A stretch of DNA of 64,000 nt from an uncultured delta proteobacterium (GCA_963823335.1 CAWGLD010000002.1:1-64000); one strand, 5' to 3'. Positions 1-10,540 are shown, numbered from the stretch's first letter. Made by a program: numbers and translations. The notes: generated by a model from the letters alone, not told the origin.

Positions 1-35
1 TCGGCGTGGTTTTGGGCGAGTGAAATGGAGATGAA

Positions 36-1616
36 ATGGAGATGACGAATATGTTCGATGACGACGCGTCCAGCCTCGCGCGGCTGTGCGACACCGGCCT
101 ATCCCTAGACTCGCAGCGAGTCGCCCTCATCCAGGGCAAGCGGTCGATGACGTATGCAGAGCTCGAGCAGCGCATCAATCGGGTCGCCAATGGGCTGATC
201 TCGCTCGGAGTCGAGCGGTTCGAGCGCGTCCTCGTCATCTTCGAGAACGACATCCGCTTCCCCGAAGTCCTGCTCGGTATCGTCAGGGCCGGCGCCGTAG
301 CGGTCCCGGTCAACTTCAAGTTCCAGCCGCCGCAGCACATCGACCTGGTTCGAGACTGTGGGAGTCGCATCGTCTTCGGCAGCGCCGGGACGGCCGAATC
401 CGTCCTCGCCTGCCTGGCCGACGGGGTTGCCGAGGTCGGTATCGTCGTCGATGCCGACCGGGGTCCGCTTCGAAGCTATGAGGACTGGCTGGCCTCATCT
501 TCGCCCGAACGCTGCGATCATGGGTCGGCCGGCAGCGACGTCTGCATCCAGGCGTACACCTCGGGCTCGACCGGACGGCCCAAGGGGGTTCTTCTCGCGC
601 ACCGTGGGCTACTGCGTAACGTTCAGCTCCAGGCGGAATCCAACCGGATCGACGAGAACTCACGGGTCTTGTTGTATACGCCGCTCTTCCACATGAACGC
701 CACTGCCTCGGGACTCCTCCCGTGCCTGAGCCAGGGCGGCTCGGTGGTCATTCTCAAGGAGTTCGACGCGGAGCGCGTGATCGATGCGATCGAGACGCTC
801 GGCTGCACGTACACCACCGGTGTACCGGCCACGTACAAGCTGATTCTGGCTGCCGCGCGGCAAAGAACGCACGTGGATGCCTCCAGCCTCGAGTTCATCG
901 CAGTGGGGTCTGCTCCCATGACACGCGCGCTTCTCGACGAACTGGTCCAGACCTTGCCTGGTGTCGATGTGATCGAAGGGTACGGGCTGACGGAGTGTGG
1001 GCCCATCATCACCATGAACCCACGCGACCGAAACAAGCTGGGCACGATCGGTCCCGCTCTTCCGGGCTTCGAGTGCAAAGTCATCGACTCCGATGGGAAC
1101 ATTTTGCCACAGGGAGAGGCGGGGGAACTTGTCGTGCGGAGCGAGTGCAACGCCCTCGGCTATTACAACCGGCCGGACGCCCAGGCGGAGCGCTTCCGGG
1201 ACGGCTGGGTGCATACCGGGGATATCGTGGCGTGCGACCCCGACGGCTGGTTCACCTTCAGGGGGCGCGTCGATGACCAGATGCAAGTGGGAGGCGAGAA
1301 CGTCTTCCCGGCCGAAGTCGAGAACATCCTCGCCACGCATCCGGAAGTGCGGGACGTCTGTGTCGTTCCTGTCCCCCACGAGGTGAAGGGCCAGGTTCCG
1401 GTGGCCTTCGTCGTGCGCAACGTCGGGTCGAACCTCGGCGAGAAGGAACTCATTGACTACTACATAGAGCGCGGACCCGCGTATTCCCATCCGCGCCATA
1501 TCTACTTCATCGACGAGATGCCGCTCTTGGGGACCGGGAAAACCGACCTGCAGGCTCTTGAAAGGCAGGCTCGCGAGCCAGGCCCAGGAACGGGGCCCTC
1601 TTCCCTCGCCCGCTGA
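36..1616 (+). CDS. Long-chain acyl-CoA synthetase / AMP-binding enzyme
   Basis: YTSGSTGRPKG, EGYGLTE, GWVHTGD and GRVDD ANL motifs; visibly more GC-rich than the rest of the window. Confidence 0.93.
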   Translation: MEMTNMFDDDASSLARLCDTGLSLDSQRVALIQGKRSMTYAELEQRINRVANGLISLGVERFERVLVIFENDIRFPEVLLGIVRAGAVAVPVNFKFQPPQHIDLVRDCGSRIVFGSAGTAESVLACLADGVAEVGIVVDADRGPLRSYEDWLASSSPERCDHGSAGSDVCIQAYTSGSTGRPKGVLLAHRGLLRNVQLQAESNRIDENSRVLLYTPLFHMNATASGLLPCLSQGGSVVILKEFDAERVIDAIETLGCTYTTGVPATYKLILAAARQRTHVDASSLEFIAVGSAPMTRALLDELVQTLPGVDVIEGYGLTECGPIITMNPRDRNKLGTIGPALPGFECKVIDSDGNILPQGEAGELVVRSECNALGYYNRPDAQAERFRDGWVHTGDIVACDPDGWFTFRGRVDDQMQVGGENVFPAEVENILATHPEVRDVCVVPVPHEVKGQVPVAFVVRNVGSNLGEKELIDYYIERGPAYSHPRHIYFIDEMPLLGTGKTDLQALERQAREPGPGTGPSSLAR

Positions 1617-1694
1617 CTTGCCATAGCGAGTGCTTATCGGACTTGGAGCCGGGGACGGGGCGTCGCTGTGGCGGACTCACAAAAGCTCGTTTCC

Positions 1695-2576
1695 CTATTT
1701 AGGGAACAGGAAGACGAGCGATGCCTGAAGTTGGGCATTCGCACCGCCATCGGGACTTTCTGCAAACCCGTATGCTGCTACTGACAAGTTCACGGGCTGT
1801 TTTCCCAAATTGAAGACCCTGCCGAAGCCGCCGCCCACCGGAATAGTCCACCTGTTCCCGCTATCTGCTTTTTGATTGTAGGTTATGACAGGGTCAGTTT
1901 TCAGATACCAACCGTTGTCGAGGTTGTAGTTGACAAAGGGTTGGGATGTCATAAAATTAACGTCTTCGCGCGTCTTGGAGCTGTCCACATCCCAAACGTT
2001 GTTGAGCAATGCACCCACCGTCCAATTGTTAATCTTGGCGAAAAAGACGCCGCCGATGCCCGCGGCATTTCTGCCTGTACCAAGGATGTCGTCGGATGCC
2101 GAATCGAACTGAAGTACCGGTCCGACACCCCAAGTCCAAAAGTTGTCCCCGCCCAAACTGTTGGTCTTTTTCGGCACAAAGTAGGTTTGCAGCAGGATAT
2201 CGCCAACGCCTGTTTTCCCATCAATCGGACCAGAATCTGGCTGGTCGATGAAAGGAATGAGGGCGCGCAAAACGAAGTTCCAGTTTTCGGTAATATCGAT
2301 TGGAACCACCGGTTTAGCGAGAAGAATGTTCTGGGTTTTCTCGTCTTCCCCGACATTCTGATAGCTATTAAATTCGAAAGGCACACTGATCAGCGAGGCG
2401 ATCGGGTTCTGTGACTGGGTCGCCAAATCTCCCTGTCCCCCTCCCTCTCCCTGTGCCAACGCCGAACTGCTGGCCCCAAAATTGGTCATAATGAAGATTG
2501 CAGCAAGGGTGGAAGTGCAAGCCCGCAGTACTTTGCCGCGTTTGAGTACTGCCCATGATGTGTGAAAATTTTCCAT
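1695..2576 (-). CDS. Outer-membrane beta-barrel transporter-like protein ('neuromedin U'-annotated family)
   Basis: Signal peptide, QNPIASLISVPF, WTIPVGGGFG, C-terminal VFLFPK. Confidence 0.7.
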   Translation of the reverse strand: MENFHTSWAVLKRGKVLRACTSTLAAIFIMTNFGASSSALAQGEGGGQGDLATQSQNPIASLISVPFEFNSYQNVGEDEKTQNILLAKPVVPIDITENWNFVLRALIPFIDQPDSGPIDGKTGVGDILLQTYFVPKKTNSLGGDNFWTWGVGPVLQFDSASDDILGTGRNAAGIGGVFFAKINNWTVGALLNNVWDVDSSKTREDVNFMTSQPFVNYNLDNGWYLKTDPVITYNQKADSGNRWTIPVGGGFGRVFNLGKQPVNLSVAAYGFAESPDGGANAQLQASLVFLFPK

Positions 2577-3080
2577 GTTGTTTCGTTCCTTACAGAGCCG
2601 GCTTCGATTGTGCGGCGCGTTTCAAGAGTTGTTTGGCCTAACGCAATCACCCATCAAGAGAGTTACGCTGAGTGCTTTTGCCAAATTTCGCACCAGCGGA
2701 CGCTAGCCGCAATTTTGACAGGTGCAAATTACGCAATTTGTGCCGCAGAAAACTGTGGTACGATTGCAATATATCCAGGGCGTCGTCCAGTGGTTGTCGG
2801 TGTCAGCCATTGTCCGAAAATTGTTGCAATTACATAGCAGTAGCTGCAACCGACTTCGAAAAATCGTTCTAGCCTTAACCCACATTCGCGCGCTCTGACG
2901 ACCGACTTGAGGCCTCGAACGGCGCAAGTAGCGACTGCCGCCGGGCGAAAAGACGGTTATCCTTCCTATACGCACTTCACCGTCTGTACCGCGAGCGGAG
3001 CGCTCATGACTATCTCCGCAGCCACCTGTTCGACCTTTGTCATCAATTAGCAGCCCGCAGCCGCCATTGTAAACCTTAGC

Positions 3081-3710
3081 TTAGCCCTTGGCTGGAAGTT
3101 CTTGCAGTACCCCGAGATCGGTTAGACCCCAAATCATCAACTGAATCGCCAAAGAGACTAGCAATATTCCCACAATAACTGACACCACTTTAAGCGCTGC
3201 CGGGCCTATCGCGCTAAGAATCCGCTGAGCGCCGAGAAGAAAGATAAAGTTGAATGCCATGATCCCGAGTATCAATCCTATCATTAACACCAATTCACTC
3301 GTTCCGGGTGCGGCTGCAGTTAAGGTAACAATCGCAACAAGGCCCTGAGGGGTTACCATCAATGGCATGGCCAGAGGGTAAACGGCGATATTGGTCGATG
3401 CTGCCGAATCGGTCTTCGGCGCTTCTTGTGACTGGCTGCCCAACACCATTTCGAGTGCAAAGAGCACCAAAATAAGTCCCCCTCCCAGCTTCAAAGCGGG
3501 AATCGATATGTGAAACGCATCCAGCAGGAATTCGCCGGCAATCACAAAAAGGAGTGCTACGACAGTTGCTGTTAGCACCGTTCTTATAGCGATGCTGCGC
3601 CTTAAGCCGGCATCGGCATCGGCTGTCAATGTAACATACACGATCGCCGATTTGAGCGGCCCCAGGGTGATTAAAAAAATTACAAACAGATCTACTATTC
3701 CAAAATCCAT
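3081..3710 (-). CDS. MarC family membrane protein
   Basis: Six hydrophobic segments; GGLILVLFALEM and IAVYPLAMPL motifs. Confidence 0.9.
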   Translation of the reverse strand: MDFGIVDLFVIFLITLGPLKSAIVYVTLTADADAGLRRSIAIRTVLTATVVALLFVIAGEFLLDAFHISIPALKLGGGLILVLFALEMVLGSQSQEAPKTDSAASTNIAVYPLAMPLMVTPQGLVAIVTLTAAAPGTSELVLMIGLILGIMAFNFIFLLGAQRILSAIGPAALKVVSVIVGILLVSLAIQLMIWGLTDLGVLQELPAKG

Positions 3711-3780
3711 CTTTCTACCTCATATGTTTACGTGTTTTTTTATTTTCTCATCAGGTCAGCCCAAGACTGAAAACCGATGA

Positions 3781-3898
3781 CTATTTAGCCTTCCAGTCTG
3801 GTGCACGTTTTTCGGCAAAAGCACGGGTACCTTCTGTGCGTCGATACGACCACCGGTGTACAGCATTTCAAGCGCGGCGCCTAACTGAGCGGTGAGAC
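3781..3898 (-). pseudogene. Collapsed enoyl-CoA hydratase remnant
   Basis: Reads LTAQLGAALEMLYTGGRIDAQ, then in another frame EGTRAFAEKRAPDWKAK*: the middle and C-terminal crotonase motifs with the intervening part deleted. Confidence 0.7.
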
Positions 3899-3996
3899 AG
3901 ATAATCACGCCCTGTTTTTCAGGGGTTTTTGAGGTCAAATCTCACACCTCTCGAAGTCCTATCCTGAGGGTCTGCGTAATATAGGCTGGGCGGAAC

Positions 3997-4286
3997 GCGA
4001 GTTACACCCTAATCATTTTAGTTTCCTTTAAACTCTGGTTTTCTTTTCTCTACAAATGCTTTGGTCCCTTCCGCCTTATCATTAGACTTAGAAATTACTC
4101 CAAAGACTGTTGCTTCCATTTTTAGACCATCTTTATTTGATAAATCATTTCCAGCATTCATAACTCTTTTGCTCGGTTTCGACCAATGTACTTTGGAAGT
4201 CTTTGGGTTCCACCAAAAGCAGGTATCAGACCCCATTTAACCTCAGGCTGTCCAAAAACTGCTTGCTTCGAACCAAAAATGAAATC
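3997..4286 (-). pseudogene. Enoyl-CoA hydratase 3' fragment, diverged copy of 7035-7484 with internal deletion
   Basis: Direct nucleotide alignment to the 7056..7844 gene and its 3' flank; about 160 bp missing. Confidence 0.92.
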
Positions 4287-4325
4287 CCCTGGGAGAATTT
4301 GGGCGCATCCGTGCCTCTGTCGGGA

Positions 4326-5771
4326 TCAGAATGTCACTCGGGCTCGCAATCCGAACAAGGCGACAGCATCCTTGTCGGGGTTTTGAAAGTCGGATTCCCA
4401 GAAAGCCGGATTCCCAACGATTTGCAGGTTGGGCGTGATCTGAAAGTTCTCGGTAAGCTGGACCCTGTAGAAGACCTCGCTTATCAACTGGTTGTCGAGG
4501 TCGACCCCGAACGTATCCGAATTAGGGCGGCCCCAGTTGAGGCCGACGCCGAGAAGGTTGCCGCCGGGCTTGTTCTGGTATCCAAAACCGCCGCTCACCG
4601 ACCTATCGTAAAGGCCCCCGCCTTCATGGGCCCAAGCGGCACGCAAGAACGGCAACCAGTGCCCGGCCACAACATGGGAGACAGACGCATTGACGCCCCA
4701 TCCTCTCTGCGTGCCGCTATCGTCACTCTCATCTTGCTGCCAGACCGCGATATGCGCATTGTCGAACAAAAATCGCTTGCCACCTCCGGTGATCCCGATC
4801 TCCGCGGTCTTGAAGGTGTTGAAGTCACCGAAGAAAGTCTCGAAGCCCTCAAACATGGATGTCGGCTGGAAACCGGCGTCGATGATGCTGGCTGCCGCAT
4901 AAATGTTGTCGGTCAGATAGCCGCCGACCATCGCGCCAAGCGCGGCGTCCGGCAACGTGATCATCGTGTTTGAGCCGACCGTAAAGGCGAGATTGAGAAA
5001 GCCGGTCCAAGGACTGGCCAACGCGTAACCATCGAAATATTCCTTCATATCAAGAAAGCCGACACGCAAGACAGCGCGGTCGTCGGCGAAGACCTGCTTC
5101 CAATAGAGAGTGGTCGCGCGACAGCCGTCGTCGTTGAAGACGGGTTCTGGCGTACCGACGAACCCGACTTCGAAGCCGAAGGCAGACGGCGCGATGTCGG
5201 TGTAGGCGTGCCGGTGTTCGAACTTGAACTCAACGCTGCCGGTGTTCGCCGCGCCGCGGTTCAGCAACTCCCAGGAGCCAAAGAAGCGCGCGACCCCAGA
5301 GGCCGAGGTGTCGTCGCCGAGGCTGTCGGTCGCGGCGAAACCCACTGCGAGGTAATCGCCGCCGAAGCTGAGCCCTGTGCTCTCGGCGATACCGGCCTTC
5401 CATCCTTCCCACGCTTTGAGGACATTGAGATTGAGTAGATCCGCCTTCTCCTCGCGATCATCGCGCAGGATAGTGGTCACCGCTTGGGGGCCGTTCAGAG
5501 GGTCATGGTCAAAAGCATTTTGCACCGGCGCCCCGGTGCGGGAGGCGCCCTGCTCTGCGTTCTCCGCGAAGGCAGGTTGCCAGCACATAAAGAATAAGAG
5601 CACAGCCAGTGGCGCGACTGTCAGCCTTGGTGACAACAGGGCGTCTGCCGCACAGTAAAGGTGCGCAGGGAGGTGCTGGGCGTTTCGCTCGGCTCTCAGA
5701 CAAGAGCAACAGCCGACCTGGTCGAGGCGTCTGCGCATCGTGCTGAGGGAGGACTGCAAGAAGCTAATCAT
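4326..5771 (-). CDS. Carbohydrate-selective porin, OprB family (true start probably downstream of 5771)
   Basis: Signal-like LAVLLFFMCWQPAFA, EVFYRVQLTENFQITPNLQ, terminal FGLRARVTF. Confidence 0.85.
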   Translation of the reverse strand: MISFLQSSLSTMRRRLDQVGCCSCLRAERNAQHLPAHLYCAADALLSPRLTVAPLAVLLFFMCWQPAFAENAEQGASRTGAPVQNAFDHDPLNGPQAVTTILRDDREEKADLLNLNVLKAWEGWKAGIAESTGLSFGGDYLAVGFAATDSLGDDTSASGVARFFGSWELLNRGAANTGSVEFKFEHRHAYTDIAPSAFGFEVGFVGTPEPVFNDDGCRATTLYWKQVFADDRAVLRVGFLDMKEYFDGYALASPWTGFLNLAFTVGSNTMITLPDAALGAMVGGYLTDNIYAAASIIDAGFQPTSMFEGFETFFGDFNTFKTAEIGITGGGKRFLFDNAHIAVWQQDESDDSGTQRGWGVNASVSHVVAGHWLPFLRAAWAHEGGGLYDRSVSGGFGYQNKPGGNLLGVGLNWGRPNSDTFGVDLDNQLISEVFYRVQLTENFQITPNLQIVGNPAFWESDFQNPDKDAVALFGLRARVTF

Positions 5772-5878
5772 TTTAATTTCCTTTAAACTCTGGTTTTCTT
5801 TTCTCTACAAATGCTTTGGTCCCTTCCGCCTTATCATGAGACTTAGCAACTACTCCAAAGACTGCTGCTTCCTTTTTA
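5764..5878 (-). pseudogene. Second 3' fragment of the same enoyl-CoA hydratase
   Basis: Aligns to 4009-4127 and to 7047-7163; truncated at the adjacent MITE. Confidence 0.9.
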
Positions 5879-5972
5879 GGCTCTGTTGCAAAAAATGTCA
5901 ATTAGTAAAAGCTCCTCAATTGTGAATTGAAAATGATTTCATAGCACTTCTACGATTTTTTGCAACAGAGCC
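5879..5972. mobile_element. 94-bp MITE with IS6-family-like ends
   Basis: Perfect 18-bp terminal inverted repeat GGCTCTGTTGCAAAAAAT; no ORF. Confidence 0.85.
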
Positions 5973-6025
5973 GTCGATAGTATTCAGGCCGCCGCCGCCC
6001 ACCTCTTCGGGCAACCCCAAGGCAA

Positions 6026-6046
6026 AAGGCCGAGGTCCTCGGCCTT
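6026..6046 (-). terminator. Hairpin, probable terminator of the 6115-6940 gene
   Basis: aaggccgagg-t-cctcggcctt, with a short T run on the minus strand. Confidence 0.45.
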
Positions 6047-6114
6047 CTTGCGCAATTCGTTCGCCAACTCAGGCCTCACCACCTGAGTCGACCCCCGCTT
6101 CGTACGGGGCGAGT

Positions 6115-6940
6115 TTATTTTGGAAACATGCAGCCAACGAATTTTGAGGTGTCCAGCGGGTCTTGAAAATTCGCTTTGCGCTTATTAATGAAGGCGTCGG
6201 CGCCCTCGTGGAGGTCCTCCGTGCGGGATAGCACATCGAGCACGTCAAGCAGCTTCGCGATCGCCTGTTCCTCGGGCAAGTACATGCCATACCGCAACGC
6301 CTGCTTGCAGGCACACATGGCCTGCTTCGGAAGCGCTTGCAAGCCTTGCAGCAATTTTTTGCGCGTGTGCGAGCACCTCGCCCTTAGGCTTAACGTGATT
6401 GGCATAGCCCCACGCGAGCGCTTGCTGCGCATCGATCATATCGCCCAGCAAAAACAACTCACTGGCGCGGCCAATACCGATACGCCGTGTTATACGCACT
6501 GTGCCTCCACTGCCGGGTATGGCGCCAAGGTTTATTTCGGGTACGCCGAATTTTGAATTTTCGGCGACCACTATGATGTCGGCGCCGGCTGCGAGTTCCA
6601 TGCCGCCGCCTAGCGCATAGCCTTCAATGGCCACGACTGTGGGTTTCGGGAAATTGGCGAATTTGGTGAATGTTTCGTTCTCAGGAGCGAGCTTGCGAGA
6701 CACGACGGCACCGTCCGCCAAGAGTCCGGGAAATTCCTGGATGTCGGAACCGGTGCCGAAAGCGCGGTCACCGTCACCTGTGAGTACAATCGCCCCTATC
6801 GCTGGGTCAGCCTCCAGGCGGGTCAGGGCCGCGTCCAACTCGCGTCTCATATCCAGTGTCATCACGTTCATCGGCGGGTTAACCAGGAACAAGGTTGCCA
6901 CGCCGCCATCGATCTCCACGCGTAATTTTTGGTCACTCAT
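6115..6940 (-). pseudogene. Enoyl-CoA hydratase/isomerase with +1 frameshift near 6333
   Basis: ORF 6245..6940 (ALGGGMEL, PEINLG) continues as PKQAMCACKQ...EGADAFINKRK in the frame of ORF 6115..6432. Confidence 0.88.
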
Positions 6941-7055
6941 TTTTTTCTTCCTCTAGTTGTTATGATTGCTATGATTCGTATGCTTCCAGATCATACTTAA
7001 TCGCACGCCAATTAGTTTTTACTACCATTCGTATGCGAGTTACACCCCAATCATT

Positions 7056-7844
7056 TTAGGTTCTTGTAAACACTGGATGTCTTTTCTCTACAAATGCTTT
7101 GGTCCCTTCCGCCTTATCATTGGACCTGGCAACTACTCCAAAGACTGCTGCTTCCTGTTTTAGACCGTCTTTATTTGACATATCATTGCCAGCATTCATC
7201 ACTTGTTTTGCACTGGCAACGGCAAGCGGACCATTTCTTCCTATCACTTTTAAGCACTCAACGGCTGCTTCTAAGCAGCTTGCTTTATCATCTGTTATTC
7301 TATTCACCAATCCCCATTCATAGGCTTTATCAACATCTATAAAAGTGCCTGAATAGATAAGCTCTTTTGCTCGGTTTCGACCAATGTATTTTGGAAGTCT
7401 CTGGGTTCCACCAAAAGCAGGTAACACACCCCATTTAACCTCAGGCTGTCCAAAAACTGCTTGCTTCGAAGCAAAAATGAAATCGCAAGACATTGCCATT
7501 TCACATCCACCGCCAAGTGCAAAGCCATGAACACAGGCAATAATAGGCAGGGCCAAGTCTTCCATTGCCAAGGTGACGTCCTGTCCTACTTCAGCAAAGA
7601 CTTGTGTTTCTTCCGGAGTCATTTTAGACATAGCAGTTATATCTGCACCTGCGATAAAAGATTTTTCTCCAGCACCTGTTAGAATAGCGCCTTTATATTT
7701 TGCAACATCGATACTTTTTATCGCATCCATCATCTCATCTAACACCTTTTTGTTCAGTGCATTCATCTCGTCTGGCCTGTTTACTTCTAAATAAAAAATA
7801 TTATCTTTTTCAAATACATTGATTGTTTCATAATTAGTAGTCAT
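7056..7844 (-). CDS. Enoyl-CoA hydratase (crotonase)
   Basis: FIAGADI, ALGGGCEMA, GQPEVKWG, AFVEKR; AT-rich. Confidence 0.93.
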   Translation of the reverse strand: MTTNYETINVFEKDNIFYLEVNRPDEMNALNKKVLDEMMDAIKSIDVAKYKGAILTGAGEKSFIAGADITAMSKMTPEETQVFAEVGQDVTLAMEDLALPIIACVHGFALGGGCEMAMSCDFIFASKQAVFGQPEVKWGVLPAFGGTQRLPKYIGRNRAKELIYSGTFIDVDKAYEWGLVNRITDDKASCLEAAVECLKVIGRNGPLAVASAKQVMNAGNDMSNKDGLKQEAAVFGVVARSNDKAEGTKAFVEKRHPVFTRT

Positions 7845-7903
7845 ATCTTCATCACCTTCTTTTAGTGTTTGCGTTTCTGCTAGCTTAATCTCGTCTCAGA
7901 TTT

Positions 7904-7929
7904 CCTCCAGCCGCGTCTGCGGCTGGAGG
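7904..7929. repeat. GC-rich palindrome (REP-like or terminator)
   Basis: cctccagccgc-gtct-gcggctggagg. Confidence 0.55.
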
Positions 7930-8016
7930 TGTCAATTGCATTCATCCTCGTTGGACGATCAATCGTAACCCGAATACACCGTCACTTATGTCAAACAGGA
8001 CATTTATTCGGCGCTC

Positions 8017-9179
8017 TTACTTACCGTCATCTCCGGCCAAACCAAGTTCGCGAAGGATCTCTTCGGTGTGCTCACCGAGCTGTGGCGCCATTATTCTCGT
8101 AGTAACAGGGGCGTCACTGATATGAACAGGGCAACCGAGGGTCGTCAATTTTCCAAGAATCGGGTGATCAATATCGATTATCATATTGTTAATCTTCGTT
8201 TGCGGATCTTCCATTACTTCACTTAATTTGCGGACCTGTGAACAAAGTACATCCTGCCCTTCAAAACGTGCCAAAGCTTCTTCCATGGTGTATTTGGCAA
8301 TTTCATTGCGGAGTGTATCCTGTATAATCTTTTTGTTTTTGATCTGAGAAGCCATATCTGGGTAAGGTATGGTAAGATCATCTATTTCCATTGCAGCGCA
8401 CATAGCCTGTAGCGGGTTGGGCATAAACGCTCCAATCACCACAATTGGTCCATCCTTGGCCTCGGCGTGAATAGCGAGTGGCATTGCCGCCCAGTTCAGC
8501 ACTTGTTTGTATTTGCTCCAGTAGGCTGCTTCCTGCAGTTGCGTATGAATCATCGAATCATAAAGACACACATCCACTTTTCGACCAAGGCCGGTTTTTT
8601 CACGCCCAATCAACGCGGCCATAATCCCCTGACAGAGATGCATTCCGCCGGTATAATCGCAGACAGCTGTTGGAACTATCGATTGTGGAATTGACGGGTC
8701 CGCGGTCTCATACATGAAGCCTGTTACAGCTTGGGCCACCATGTCCTGCCCAGGTTTTTTCTCATTTGGTCCGACAGGTCCGTAGCCTGTTGCGGACGCA
8801 AAAATAATGCGTGGATTAATCTCTTTTAGCTTCTCATAGCTAAAGCCGAGCTTGTCCATCACACCTGGGCGAAAATTGTTTACGACCACATCCGATACTT
8901 TGACGAGTTCATAAATAACCTTCTTTCCGGCTTCACTTCTCGTATCAAGTTCCATCGAACGCTTGTTGCGATTCATGGCTACATACGTCGGATTGTTCGT
9001 TGCCTCTATAGAGGTCCCGCCAACGGTATGCCGACTCAGGTCACCTACGCCCGGGCGCTCGATCTTGATCACATCGGCACCAAAATCAGCGAGCATTAGA
9101 GTGCCAACGGGACCCTGCTCGGCCTGCGTGAAATCTATAACGCGAATTCCGTCTAACGGAAGTTTGAAGTATCTGTCAT
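8017..9179 (-). pseudogene. CaiB/BaiF class III CoA-transferase with frameshift just after the start
   Basis: AGGAGG RBS then ATG at 9179 (MTDT) is out of frame with KLPLDGIRVIDFTQAEQGP...LADFGADVIKIE; NRNKRS and NFRPGVM motifs. Confidence 0.85.
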
Positions 9180-9255
9180 GGTCTCCTCCTTAGATGGTGA
9201 ATTGTAATTAATAACTTCTGTAATATCGGGTGAGCGAACAGATTCGGCGGTAATC

Positions 9256-9718
9256 TTAGTCTTCGGTTTCATAGTAAAGTATCCATTCGGCGTACAGTGC
9301 TGGCTTTTCCTCACCTTCAATTTCAACGGTCACACCAGTTTTGAACACGCAGTGGTTCTCTTGCTTCCAATTGACATCCAGAACCTCGCCGTGAATGCGT
9401 ACCCGTTTACCTGAGCGTACCGGGGCCAGGAAACGAACCTTATCAAACCCATAGTTCAGACCATGTGGCATATTCTCAGGTACTGGAAAGTTTTTCATCA
9501 GATAAGGTATCAACGACAGCGTCAATAAGCCGTGAGCAATGGTTCCACCCAAATCAGTTTGTTTCGCTTTTTCTACATCAACATGCATAAAGTAGTTATC
9601 CCCTGTGCACTCGGCAAAGGTCGTTGATGCGTTCCTGCGAAACTTCATACCATGCGGTTGGTTCAACCTTGGTCCCGACAAAATTGACTAACTCATCTTT
9701 AGGTACGATTTTGTTCAT
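9256..9718 (-). pseudogene. MaoC-family dehydratase with +1 frameshift near 9620
   Basis: MNKIVPKDELVNFVGTKVEPTAWYEVSQERIND, then shifted FAECTGDNYFMHVD...IAHGLLTLSL...NYGFDKVRF. Confidence 0.87.
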
Positions 9719-10133
9719 GTTGTTCTCCTTTTTTTTTAAGTAAATCATCTTTCGCCGCTATTTTAAAGTAAATCACCCAGACGGTACTGTCAAGAATTTT
9801 TTGTGAAATTCTCTTCTGCCAATTTCCTGAAGAATGGCAGGGTTGTAGGCACTTTTCCAGGGTATTGGTGTTGTGGTTCCATTTTAAGCAAGAAAGCCAG
9901 GAACGTATAGCAGGATCCTTCTCCAGCAACGATTCCATGGGCTTTGCTCGCCGTTAGGAGCGGTTATTGACCCGTTCAATGAATTGGTTGAGCGTAAACA
10001 GACCCAACTTCTTTAGGAAACTCAGATACGTCAGACAGGAATGGGAACTTTTCCTGCATTTGCGGGGACGGCAGTTTGTTCCACGTTCTTGAGTCTCGAG
10101 GCAGTGGATTTCCATTTTAAGGCAAACGAAAGC

Positions 10134-10376
10134 ATGGATCTTACCTCATCTGCAATTTTTTTCTTCAGCTTTTTGGGAACTTTGGCCAGTATGTTTCTCG
10201 CAACGTGGACCTGGCATCTTTGGACCTTGGCTGATGTGAATTCCTCTAAAAAGACTTTTTCCAGGCCAGGCAGGCCATCCGTTATTCCCAACCGAACCTG
10301 GGTGGGATCCAGCCCTCTCCTTTTGATGTCTTTGAAAAGCTCTCGCCAGACCGGAGCCGATTCCTTGTTGCCTGAG
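10134..10376 (-). mobile_element. IS256-family transposase internal fragment
   Basis: KESAPVWRELFKDIKRRGL...ITDGLPGL...VQRCQVH. Confidence 0.85.
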
Positions 10377-10540
10377 ATAAATCCGCCGACCATCACCCCG
10401 AAAGCGCCGTCCGGCATACCGCCGATGGTGCCGGAACCGTTTTCGAAGGCGAGGTTGCCAAACCCGGTCCAGGGGCTCGCCAGCGCATAGACGTCCACGT
10501 AGTCGGTTACGTCCAGAAACCCGGCATAGGCGACCCCGAA
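10377..10540 (-). pseudogene. OprB-like porin fragment fused in frame to the IS256 fragment
   Basis: GFLDVTDYVDVYALASPWTGFGNLAF matches GFLDMKEYFDGYALASPWTGFLNLAF of 4326..5771. Confidence 0.82.

Noticed and set aside
3997-7484. Crotonase 3' repeats plus Avd-like four-helix genes as a diversity-generating retroelement
   Set aside because: No reverse transcriptase in the window, and differences between the copies are not adenine-restricted.
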